A stretch of DNA of 64,000 nt from Bacteroidota bacterium (GCA_022710185.1 JAKLHK010000005.1:65682-129681); one strand, 5' to 3'. Shown: positions 33,101 through 41,926, counted from the stretch's first letter. Numbers and translations: made by a program. The notes: generated by a model from the letters alone, not told the origin.

Positions 33101-35198
33101 TAGTTTTGAACATATTGTGGTTTCAAATATCATCTCACATTTTGAAGACGAAGAACTTGAAGAAATAAAGGAGAGAATTATAATTTGCGATGATGATACT
33201 GAATTTAAATTAGAAGAAATAGTTACTGGTAACGAGGTTCAATTTGACATCGATAATAAGTTATACAATATCAAAGTTTCGGAAATATTGCCTGACTCTG
33301 ACAATTTTTCCAAAGCTGAAATACTTGACGTTATTATTGCAAATTTCAAAAAACTTGAACTGTCCAAAACCAAAATTGATAAATTACTCTCTGTCGAGAT
33401 TGAAGAGGACGACCTTGCTGAAAAACTTGCCGAGGAATTACTTGGGTCACTTGAAGATAATATCCTTGAAACTGCTGAACAGATTGCTTTTTGTCTTTTA
33501 TATGAATTACAGGCAGGGTGGTCTAAATTTGATGATTTTCAGATTTACGCTTCGAACAATGAAACATATAAACTAAATGAGGTATGGTATGCCAAACCAT
33601 TTTCATTTCTAAGTGAAACAGGTGCAATTGGGGAACAATATAAAGGGCTTTCAAAGTTGCTCAAGATTAAAGATGAAAACCCAATTTTTAAAGTCAGTGA
33701 TAGTTGTATTTTTCTTTATAAACCTGCTTTTGATGAAGATGGTAGATTTGTTTGCAATTATATTGATGAGAAATTAGACGATGACAATAGTATTGCGTTA
33801 CTCGATTTTTTGTTTGAAGAATATAATAAACGAGGAAAGGAAAGCAGACGTGACTTTGAGGAAATTGATGATTGGTCAAAACTTGGAGACACTGAAACAG
33901 AAAAAATAATAGGCATCAATCCGCATAATACAATCTTTATCGAAAACGATAAATTTATGTTGTCTGATGAAGTCGTACCGGAGTGGATTCAGGATTGGGC
34001 AAAAGATGAAGCAAAAATTTCATTCTTAAAAGTATTGGGAATTCATTTCAATGATTCGGATATTGTTAAGCTAAGGGAATCTCTTTATGATGAAGATGGC
34101 TCTATAACAAAGAATGACATAAATGGAAGTAACTCCTTAAATGCATTTTTATTGGAGAACACTTTAAAATGGCTTGTAGAATCAGAGATATGGGAAGATA
34201 AGGTAATTGATGAACCTGTAAAAGTTGAACTTCTTGATGCGATTATTGAAAAATTAGGTTGGGATTTAGAGGATTATTGGTCTGTTGACATTGAAGAACT
34301 AAATGAAAACAGCGAGGAATGGGTAGATGAGGGTTATTCAAATTGGCGTGAAGAAGAGGATTCATTTGAAATAAGAATGTATAATGATCAAATGCCTTAT
34401 ATCTTACAATATGAAAATAATATTCTTGCTGAGAAAAATCAAGATGAATACTGGTATGATGATGAAAATCAAATATTTTATACAAACAAAAATAAATCCA
34501 CCCATTTATTGCTTCAAAATGCTGCTGAAGAAGAGTTGTTTGATTTAGACACAATAAAACCACTAATCCAACAAGGTCTGGTAAAAGTTAAAGATTATGT
34601 AGATCGCATAGAGCAACTTGAAGCAGAATTACAGCAATTTAGACAACCTAAAGGAGATATTACTAGAGGTACTGCTGATTCAGAAACAATGGGTGCAGTT
34701 CTTGATGAAACTCTAAATATGGTTAGAGAAGAACTAGAACAAGACGAGAATTATAATTGCACACATTGGGACAATTCACGATTTCCAAAGACTTTGGTTC
34801 AAGGGGTATTATATAAAGAGATTCCGATAAAGCTGATCGTTCGCAGTTGTCAAAGAGGTAGACTCCATCTAATCCCTAAAGAATGGCTATTACTATCAGA
34901 ACCTAATACTTTTTTAGTGCTACGGTTATCAAAACACAAAATTGAAGTAATCCCAGAACCACTTAAGGAGCTTGCCGAATCAAACAACCTATTTAATATG
35001 AATTTTGATTTGGAAAGATTAACCACAAATGGGGTCACAGCTTTAAGCAAGGCAATTGAAAGTTCAAATATTAAATATGTTGGTGTTGGTTTCGTAATAG
35101 ATGCACCAAGATATTCCAGAAGTATTGAACTTAATGAAATCGGATTATACGTTACAAATCAGGGTGATATTTCATCTGCAAATGACAATGAGTTTTAA
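30192..35198 (+). CDS. Giant sacsin/NO VEIN-like GHKL ATPase domain protein with a possible NOV_C (DUF3883)-like C-terminal module
   Basis: 1668 aa. YELIQNADD (aa 76-84), INNGTPF (102-108) and GTFGIGFK (130-137) reproduce the sacsin SRR pattern (ELIQNAxDA ... NN..F ... GrFGIGF). About 1300 aa of acidic/lysine-rich sequence has no motif I recognise. Residues about 1500-1590 resemble NOV_C. Confidence 0.7.
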   Translation: MLYIKDLSFFRQYYKSQEALNFDRSIDTSFINTFHPEKPTNKTKGFSYLVYGARGNIGGFLRSASLNVAADQQAIYELIQNADDCEANLFSVFYNREYLLCINNGTPFSKRNMSAILNVGDSDKDAEDIGTFGIGFKIIHRLLGEDDGLKAILNDYAGPIIYSWNQYNHLKRLLSDDEIVINKNGSRDDDCPWLLKIIYTCFPTHLGESIKNEKYSDETLFTIEEFNEFKLFLKNSLAKLNTFTENNLRQGSIFFLRIGADKFKYIDENIDNIFNGIGYSFNFLNHLKRIYINEKEINKEKITLEKFEYPIGSDQYNLIRPRNEERNIDFSFSYYKNYKTALKLKDVPNIYNFFSMEEEKNGWCFLLHCNSFDMHNDRRKLQPNSNINERLLPSIANEIKQFLVDLSDTNTDSFINIYPSLLISDIPESKQHLKDYFFDILTTILSERIPTDNGFSDNSQDVVIKKTKLPISPRDWGVEKDWFYWTDFKEDEVIIKEAQKEEKIGLEKVSISSLIENGDIDTINEWIFNANEKDFTLFLNELEKDIPDENFLDLQFLKCSDTYYYSINEIASNSNVLCLFEKIHEIKDILNELELITTEINISDFKNIAEKASKKLPYLKTIGEKKVFDDFIKDATTENNLTPKSKKRLFVAIKELYNVGDKSLKEWELFSNNEMEICSLNTLISPSIKVEKWLIKYQIIKSEFFEELEEYLLQADDIYPSIIYPLWDELIEVDEIDEITIGEFYSSVKNYFDEEAHKSLTLNKKAYIFTSEGFFPTSEVFYNEVFNSIMDYPSLKSSIEKVTGFKTPSKKVLKYLTESPFKTDNDKLLDHLSDCSIEQSEAYELLRYCQKADVKLFSKGVFCESGNDIDWECNDSKIQYFSEDSRLIEFINEYLEDTFYLLPSALQDFKFFEGIRRNQELYEEIIEQLDNINDLAAEFLPLLKHKEVIKSYISNLPDIRIENRISFDKSSFEHIVVSNIISHFEDEELEEIKERIIICDDDTEFKLEEIVTGNEVQFDIDNKLYNIKVSEILPDSDNFSKAEILDVIIANFKKLELSKTKIDKLLSVEIEEDDLAEKLAEELLGSLEDNILETAEQIAFCLLYELQAGWSKFDDFQIYASNNETYKLNEVWYAKPFSFLSETGAIGEQYKGLSKLLKIKDENPIFKVSDSCIFLYKPAFDEDGRFVCNYIDEKLDDDNSIALLDFLFEEYNKRGKESRRDFEEIDDWSKLGDTETEKIIGINPHNTIFIENDKFMLSDEVVPEWIQDWAKDEAKISFLKVLGIHFNDSDIVKLRESLYDEDGSITKNDINGSNSLNAFLLENTLKWLVESEIWEDKVIDEPVKVELLDAIIEKLGWDLEDYWSVDIEELNENSEEWVDEGYSNWREEEDSFEIRMYNDQMPYILQYENNILAEKNQDEYWYDDENQIFYTNKNKSTHLLLQNAAEEELFDLDTIKPLIQQGLVKVKDYVDRIEQLEAELQQFRQPKGDITRGTADSETMGAVLDETLNMVREELEQDENYNCTHWDNSRFPKTLVQGVLYKEIPIKLIVRSCQRGRLHLIPKEWLLLSEPNTFLVLRLSKHKIEVIPEPLKELAESNNLFNMNFDLERLTTNGVTALSKAIESSNIKYVGVGFVIDAPRYSRSIELNEIGLYVTNQGDISSANDNEF

Positions 35199-36968
35199 AT
35201 GCAATTAGACCGAACTGAACATATTAAACTGTTAGACCTTGAGTTAAAAACTCAATCAGACAATTATTTAAAACTGGTTTTACAGAAAGCAACTGCCCTT
35301 ATTGAACAAGAGGAGGTCTTCACAAGTCAGTTTGTGAAATTTGAAGATGGAATACTTGTATTAAAATTAAAAACAGAAAAAGCACTTCCTCGCAAAGGTC
35401 AATACTTATCAGCAGTTTTACTAAATGATGAAAAAAGAAGTTATAAAAACTGGGGTGATTTGTCTTGGGCTGAATTGAGAAACAAATATCAAAATAGTTT
35501 TTCTGAATGTGTTTGTGTTTGGCATAAGTCATATGATGAGAAAAGATTTCAGCTAGCAGGCTTTAAAGGTATTTCACTTGATTTTGCTGGGAAATTGGTT
35601 GACAAGTGTTTAGTTACCCTTGGTCCGCACGAACCACCTTTGAAATATTTGCAAAATTTAATCGAGATAGTTACAAATACTCCAAAAGATCTACCCTCTG
35701 CAAGATTCCTTGATATTCATTTAGCTAATAATGAGTGGATTCCTACGATACTTGATGAGAAACGTAACTTATCTGATTTTATTCAAACGCAACTTTCTAT
35801 TTCTGATGAAATTATTATTCAAGGACCTCCAGGAACAGGGAAGACTTATCAAATGGCAAAATTAATTGCTGACTTATTAGATAAAAACAAAAGTGTCCTT
35901 GCTACTTCATTAACCAATCGTTCGTTAATAGAATTGGCTTCAAAGAAGTTTTTGGAAAATCATCGTAAAAGTGAAAAGATTTACAAAACAAATCTTACTA
36001 AAGACGAACAAGAAGAATTGCCAGGGTTATTAAACTCAAAGGATATTCAGGTAATATCAGGTACAGTATTGCTTTCAACATTTTATATCTCAAGTGGCTT
36101 TGCAAAAGAAATACAAGATGAACCACCGTTTGATTTTGTTATTGTTGATGAAGCAAGTCAGGCTTTATTATCAATGTTTTGTGCTGCAAAGAAACTAGGG
36201 AAGAAAGTTGTTTTTATTGGAGACCCGTATCAATTACCACCGGTTGTTGAAGTCAATAAGGATATAATTGAAAAGAAAAATGCTATAAGTTTTGTTGAAG
36301 GATTCAATACTATCTGTAGAAATTTATCAATTCCATCATTTCAACTAACAGAAACCTACAGGCTGCCAACAAGAGCTACCCAATATACTGGTCTATTTTA
36401 CCGTAACACATTAGTTTCAAAGGCAAATAAAAAACTGAGATTCCAATTTCCTGAATGCGGTCTTGAATTTAATAAATATCTAAACCCTGATGGTGGACCT
36501 GTATTGATTAAATCAAGTTTTCCAATTGGTAATGACAACCCTGATTTTGGTCTTTTTTTAATCATAGACTTTTTAAAACAGTTGATGTTTGTTTTGGAAA
36601 AGGATTTCAAGATAGCTTTAATTGCAAAAACTAAAAAGGCAGTAAGAGCAATTCAAAAAGCAATGACAGCAACTTTTGGCAGTGATGATAGGATTTTAAT
36701 TGAAACTGTTGAAAGAATTCAAGGTCTTACTTGTGACTTAACCATTTTTTTCATCCCAAATTCAAGTATGAATTATTCTTTGAAAAAGCCGCTATTTAAT
36801 GTCGCAACAAGTAGAGCAACGAGACACACAATAATTATTGCAGACAAAGCAATTACTACATATCCTATTGCTGACAAACTTGTTAGAGATTTTATTCATA
36901 AATTGAACGATGAATATAGTTTTGAAATTGAACCAAAAATAAATATGAAAAAACTTACAGAAGGTTAA
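35199..36968 (+). CDS. Superfamily 1 helicase, Upf1/DNA2-like (AAA_11/AAA_12 type)
   Basis: 589 aa. Walker A GPPGTGKT (aa 209-216, nt 35823-35846), Walker B VIVDEASQ, GDPYQLPPV, TYRLP, ERIQGLTCD and NVATSRATRH. The ATG directly abuts the TAA of the upstream gene. Confidence 0.85.
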   Translation: MQLDRTEHIKLLDLELKTQSDNYLKLVLQKATALIEQEEVFTSQFVKFEDGILVLKLKTEKALPRKGQYLSAVLLNDEKRSYKNWGDLSWAELRNKYQNSFSECVCVWHKSYDEKRFQLAGFKGISLDFAGKLVDKCLVTLGPHEPPLKYLQNLIEIVTNTPKDLPSARFLDIHLANNEWIPTILDEKRNLSDFIQTQLSISDEIIIQGPPGTGKTYQMAKLIADLLDKNKSVLATSLTNRSLIELASKKFLENHRKSEKIYKTNLTKDEQEELPGLLNSKDIQVISGTVLLSTFYISSGFAKEIQDEPPFDFVIVDEASQALLSMFCAAKKLGKKVVFIGDPYQLPPVVEVNKDIIEKKNAISFVEGFNTICRNLSIPSFQLTETYRLPTRATQYTGLFYRNTLVSKANKKLRFQFPECGLEFNKYLNPDGGPVLIKSSFPIGNDNPDFGLFLIIDFLKQLMFVLEKDFKIALIAKTKKAVRAIQKAMTATFGSDDRILIETVERIQGLTCDLTIFFIPNSSMNYSLKKPLFNVATSRATRHTIIIADKAITTYPIADKLVRDFIHKLNDEYSFEIEPKINMKKLTEG

Positions 36969-36981
36969 CCCGATTTGCAAG

Positions 36982-37034
36982 CACATTGCCAAAGCCCCAC
37001 GAGCCAACACTACAACCAAAGCTTTGTCAAAGAG
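36982..37034. repeat. 53-bp direct repeat, copy 2 (downstream of the helicase gene)
   Basis: It matches 30103-30155 with 2 mismatches and begins 14 nt after the helicase stop codon. Confidence 0.9.
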
Positions 37035-37357
37035 CTTGCAAAGCCAACGCACCGAGAAAAATTGTTTTAAAAAATTTGCCGACACTTAAAAAAATAAAAA
37101 ACGCTGACACACAAGCCGACAGAAAAAAGTAAAATGACAATGACACGAAAACTGAATATTAACAATGGTATACAAGACTGGAAGACAGAACACCAGGCGG
37201 TAACAGGCGGTATATTTTATTGCCGAGACAGTGGGTATTTCAGCGTTTCTGCATCTAATAAACTTTCGTGTAACTTGACAGTGAAGTGCTTCGAAATCGG
37301 CAACAAAAACATACCGCCAATCCGTTAGCAGCCATATCAAAATAGCAGGACTAAACT

Positions 37358-37849
37358 ATGAGAATCTTTTTAATTATTTTATTCTTTTTAGCTTTCACTT
37401 TAGTTAATGCCCAATACAAAATGTTTTCAGGTATTCATGATACAATCAACTTAGATTTGTCGACTTTACTGGAGAATACTGGCTTTGGGAAAGCAACATA
37501 CTATTATGATGATATTGAGAAGAAAGATGGTGTTTGGAACTTCTATCCAATGATTAATTTGTCAAAATCATTAACCGCAGTATGGGTCAGCACAATTCCA
37601 GGCCGAAATAATGGCTATACATTTCTTTTAATTTTTGATATTAATACTCATAAAATCTCGGATACCTTGGGACCATATTATGATTCTAGTATTGATGCTA
37701 TTAAGGGCAGAATAAAGAAGAATAATTTAAATTATTTAAAGGTTCGACTATCAAATCCACCGGAAGTAGAGAATTCAAAATATACTATCAGGGAATATAA
37801 ACGTATTGAGGGTAACCTTAAAGAATATAGAAGTCGTGATAATTATTGA
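37358..37849 (+). CDS. Small secreted hypothetical protein
   Basis: 163 aa, AT-rich codon usage. Signal peptide MRIFLIILFFLAFTLVNA followed by Q at +1. No recognisable catalytic motif. Confidence 0.6.
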   Translation: MRIFLIILFFLAFTLVNAQYKMFSGIHDTINLDLSTLLENTGFGKATYYYDDIEKKDGVWNFYPMINLSKSLTAVWVSTIPGRNNGYTFLLIFDINTHKISDTLGPYYDSSIDAIKGRIKKNNLNYLKVRLSNPPEVENSKYTIREYKRIEGNLKEYRSRDNY

Positions 37850-38179
37850 TACGGCTGCTAATAAGTAAGGCTTCGTGCGGCGATAGCCCAGTCCGCCATC
37901 TGGCGGATTGCACGAAATCCCGCGCCTTATGGGGTTTAAGTATCGAAAGCAGTGATCAGGGAAGAGCGAACGACAAGGTTCTTGGATAAGCTAAAGCAGG
38001 CAGGCTGGTTGAAAGGCCAGTAACCGGGTCTTTTGAAAGGATTTAGGGGCGAAATATCTTTCGGGGACTAATCCCGCGCATCAGCGCGTAAACATTACCG
38101 GACCCGGCAGGCGGCAGGATTTGTCAGGCCTCGCTCAACCTAAGCATTGATTTGGGCAGATGCACCCCGGCCCCTCCCC

Positions 38180-38740
38180 TCAATACTCCGGCGCCCAGGG
38201 GCTTTCCCCGGCATTGGTCTCCTGCCCCAGGAAACGGGCCAGCACGAAGAAGTAGTCGGAAAGACGGTTGAGGTAACGCAGGATCACGGGATCCACCGGG
38301 TGCTCCCGCCCCAGGGTAATGGTAGTGCGCTCGGCCCGGCGGCATACGGTGCGCGCCACATGGGCCAGCGACACCACGGCATGGCCCCCGGGGAGCAAAA
38401 AACGGGTGAGCGGGGGCAAACGGTCGTTCATCCGGTCGATGGCCTGTTCCAGCACCACCACCTCCTCCTCGCGCAGCTGGGGCAGGGCCCGCGGCTTGCC
38501 CCCCGGGTCCACGGCCAGCCACGACTCGGCCGTGAAGATCTGCTCCTGGATCCGGACCAGCTCGGCCCTCACCCCCGCCGCCTCGGGCTGGTCGCGCAAC
38601 AACCCGATGAAGGAGTTCAGCTCGTCCAGGGTGCCGTAAGCCTCAATGCGCAGGTGGTCCTTGGGCACCCGGGTGCCCCCGATCAGGGAGGTCTGGCCTG
38701 CATCGCCCCCCTTGGTGTAAATCTTGAATGGTTCGCTCAT
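38180..38740 (-). CDS. ATP:cob(I)alamin adenosyltransferase, PduO type
   Basis: 186 aa. The N-terminal IYTKGGDAGQTSL and the helical-bundle pattern are typical of the PduO/MMAB family. Confidence 0.88.
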   Translation of the reverse strand: MSEPFKIYTKGGDAGQTSLIGGTRVPKDHLRIEAYGTLDELNSFIGLLRDQPEAAGVRAELVRIQEQIFTAESWLAVDPGGKPRALPQLREEEVVVLEQAIDRMNDRLPPLTRFLLPGGHAVVSLAHVARTVCRRAERTTITLGREHPVDPVILRYLNRLSDYFFVLARFLGQETNAGESPWAPEY

Positions 38741-38746
38741 GCCCGT

Positions 38747-39481
<735 letters not shown>

Positions 39482-39582
39482 TCCATAAGGCTTGAACTAC
39501 AAATGTAAGGGTTCTGTCCATGCTTTCGCTACAAGCAACCCACACCGGAACACCGATGCGAGCAGGAAAGATCCGCCTGGAA

Positions 39583-40449
39583 TCAGAACACCAGCAGGTC
39601 GAGGATGGCGGCCAGGCCGAACAGTATGCTGGCAACGCCATTGGTGGAGAAGAAGGCCAGATTGACCCGGCTCAGGTCGTCGGGCTTCACGATCCAGTGC
39701 TGGTAGACCAGCAGGGCGATGAAGGTCAGCGCCCCTCCCCAGTAGATCCAGTTGAAGCTCCCCAGGGTACCGATAAGGAGCAGCAGCGCCCCGGTGACGG
39801 CATGCATGCCCACGGAGACCAGCAGCGCCCTGCGGGCTCCCAGGCGGGAGGGCAGGGAAAAGAGGCCGTGGTCCTTGTCAAAGCCTTCGTCCTGAAGGGC
39901 ATAGATGATGTCGAACCCGGCCACCCAGAAGATTACCGCCACCGACAGCAGCACCGGGATGAGGCTGATCTCCCCGGAAACGGCGATATAGGCCCCCGAG
40001 GGGGCCAGGCCCAGCCCCAGGCCCAGCAGCAGGTGCGACCAGGAGGTGAAGCGCTTGGCATAGCTGTAGCCCATGATCACCGCCAGGGCAAGCGGAGAAA
40101 GCCAGAAGCAGAGGGGGTTGATGAGCCAGGCCACGCCGATGAATCCCGCCGCGTTGAGCAGGGTGAAGGCCAGGGCCGCCGGGGGGCTCACGATGCGAGC
40201 GGGGATCTCCCGCAGGCGGGTCCGGGGGTTCAGGGCGTCGATGTAGCGGTCGGTCCAGCGGTTGAAGGCCATGGCCGTGTTGCGGGCCAGCACCACGGCG
40301 GCCACCACCAGCACCAGGAGGCGGAAGGAGAAGGCATGGCCGGTGTCGGCCAGGGCCATGAAAAAGGCCACCAGGGCAAAGGGCAGGGAGAAGACGCTGT
40401 GTGCGAACTTCACCAGGGAAAGGAAATGCTGTATGCTGGTCCTTGCCAT
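39583..40449 (-). CDS. UbiA family polyprenyltransferase
   Basis: 288 aa, multi-TM, with the Asp-rich motifs NRWTDRYIDALNPRT and YALQDEGFD. I trimmed the start to the ATG at 40449 because the 577-aa ORF extension is antisense to a real plus-strand gene. Confidence 0.85.
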   Translation of the reverse strand: MARTSIQHFLSLVKFAHSVFSLPFALVAFFMALADTGHAFSFRLLVLVVAAVVLARNTAMAFNRWTDRYIDALNPRTRLREIPARIVSPPAALAFTLLNAAGFIGVAWLINPLCFWLSPLALAVIMGYSYAKRFTSWSHLLLGLGLGLAPSGAYIAVSGEISLIPVLLSVAVIFWVAGFDIIYALQDEGFDKDHGLFSLPSRLGARRALLVSVGMHAVTGALLLLIGTLGSFNWIYWGGALTFIALLVYQHWIVKPDDLSRVNLAFFSTNGVASILFGLAAILDLLVF

Positions 40450-40554
40450 CCGTATCCGTTTACCCGGCAAAGGTAGGAAGAAGATACAGGATATCGTCAT
40501 ATATCGATGCTTGGGCATTTTGACCGGCCACACGGAAATGCCTAACTTTATCCC

Positions 40555-41337
40555 ATGTCCGTCCCCTGGAAGCTCCGGCAATACCTTAGCCACCTGCGCA
40601 AGGCCAGGGGTCCTTTCCGTCTGCATTCCCCCTTCGTCTTCACCTTTCATCAACGGGTGCTCAGGGGGCGCGGCCTGCCCTCTCCTCCTCCGCTGCTGCA
40701 GGGGCTGAGGCGGGAATGGCTTCAGGACAAGGCGCTCATCACCCATCACCCCCTGGGTTGCGCCGAGGGCAGGGAGTTGAGCGAGCCGGTGGCCCAACTG
40801 GCACGCAGGACGGCCATCAGCGGGGGCGACACCCGCCGGCTGTTCCACCTGGCCGCCTTCCTCAAGCCCCGCACCGTCCTCGACCTGGGCAGCGGGCTGG
40901 GCTTCTCGGCCCTGGCCCTGGCCCTGGGCGCCCCCCAGGCCCGCGTGCTCTCCCTCGAAGGCGATGCCGCAGTGCACGCCCTGGCCGTGGAACGCCTCAG
41001 CCCCCTGGCGCCGCCAGGGCTGCGTTTCCTGCAGGGCGCCTTCCGTGAGCTGCTCCCTGAACTGCTGGAAGGACCGGGGAGGCCCGACCTGGTCTTCCTC
41101 GATGGCGACCACCGCCAGGAGGAGACCATTTACCTCGGCCAGCTCATCCTCCCCCGCCTGAGCCGTCACGGAGTGCTTGCCATCCACGACATCCATGCTT
41201 CGGAAGGGATGCTCGGGGCCTGGGAACGGCTGCGGGAGATGCCCGAGGTCACCGTATCCCTCACCACCTGGAGCACCGGCTTCCTCTTCGTCAACGAAAG
41301 CCTCAGCACCCAGCACTTCCGGCTGAGGTCGTGGTAA
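40555..41337 (+). CDS. Class I SAM-dependent methyltransferase
   Basis: 260 aa. Motif I VLDLGSGLGFSALALA, and later LVFLDGDH, typical of O-methyltransferase-like folds. Confidence 0.75.
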   Translation: MSVPWKLRQYLSHLRKARGPFRLHSPFVFTFHQRVLRGRGLPSPPPLLQGLRREWLQDKALITHHPLGCAEGRELSEPVAQLARRTAISGGDTRRLFHLAAFLKPRTVLDLGSGLGFSALALALGAPQARVLSLEGDAAVHALAVERLSPLAPPGLRFLQGAFRELLPELLEGPGRPDLVFLDGDHRQEETIYLGQLILPRLSRHGVLAIHDIHASEGMLGAWERLREMPEVTVSLTTWSTGFLFVNESLSTQHFRLRSW

Positions 41338-41470
41338 GCGGGCCGGGGATCCACCTCACCCCAAATCGAACATCCGCCCATGCGCCCTTGCGTGCATCGA
41401 ACATCCTACAGGCCGACATTCTTGCTACCTTAGTGGGCTGAATCCCTCCACGGAGGGGAAAAAGGGAAAG

Positions 41471-41926
41471 ATGTTCATCCAGGAGCGACTGCGGGTCAAC
41501 CATCCGCATGCAGTGCACGACACCATTGACGGGGAGACCATCATCGTCAATCTGAAGAATGGCCACTATTACAGTTTCGACAAGACCGGTGTGGCGGTAT
41601 GGGAAGTGATCGCCCGGGGCGGTGACCTGGGCCTGCTGCTTTCCTGCCTGCAGGAGCAGGGCGGGGATAATGCCGTCGGTCTGGGCGATGCCTTGTCGGA
41701 CTTCGTGGCCGCCCTGCTGAGGGAGGAGCTGGTGATTGCCGATGCCTCGCCTTCACCCCCGGAAGGGGCCATGGCCGATGCCGAGGTGAGCGCCCTGGCC
41801 GCAAGGCTGGGCGGCACACCCGAGCCCCCGGTGCTCCATCGCTATGCCGACATGCAGGACATGCTGCTGCTCGACCCCATCCACGACACCGATGAGCGGG
41901 GCTGGCCCCGCGCCCGGATCGAATAG
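41471..41926 (+). CDS. PqqD-family (RRE-like) protein
   Basis: 151 aa. VHDTIDGETIIVNLKNGHYYSFDKTGVAVWEVI matches the PqqD / RiPP recognition element pattern. Confidence 0.7.
   Translation: MFIQERLRVNHPHAVHDTIDGETIIVNLKNGHYYSFDKTGVAVWEVIARGGDLGLLLSCLQEQGGDNAVGLGDALSDFVAALLREELVIADASPSPPEGAMADAEVSALAARLGGTPEPPVLHRYADMQDMLLLDPIHDTDERGWPRARIE

Larger units (their letters stand above)
27647..38179. other. AT-rich horizontally acquired island between core genes
   Basis: Composition drops abruptly. Line 30181-30240 has 17/60 G+C versus 38/60 in line 10201-10260. The island genes use AT-rich codons. I found no integrase, transposase or tRNA. Confidence 0.85.

Noticed and set aside
37876-38150. Group II intron 5-prime fragment (GTGCG start, GAAAGC...GGGAAGAGC stretch) or a cobalamin riboswitch next to the adenosyltransferase gene
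   Set aside because: The GTGC is engaged in a local helix with GCACGAA. No domain V/VI-like sequence or reverse transcriptase ORF follows. I see no B12-box, and the region lies 3-prime, not 5-prime, of the adenosyltransferase gene. An Rfam scan would settle it.
40450-41316. N-terminal 289-aa extension of the UbiA ORF (577-aa ORF in the track)
   Set aside because: The extension is antisense to the plus-strand methyltransferase gene, which has a clean SAM-binding motif. The UbiA homology begins at the internal Met (MARTSIQHF).
41380-41433. 17-aa ORF (MRPCVHRTSYRPTFLLP) upstream of the PqqD-like gene as a possible RiPP precursor
   Set aside because: It has no ribosome-binding context and no leader/core features I can argue for, and it is short enough to arise by chance. 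I kept it only as something to check with RODEO-type tools.
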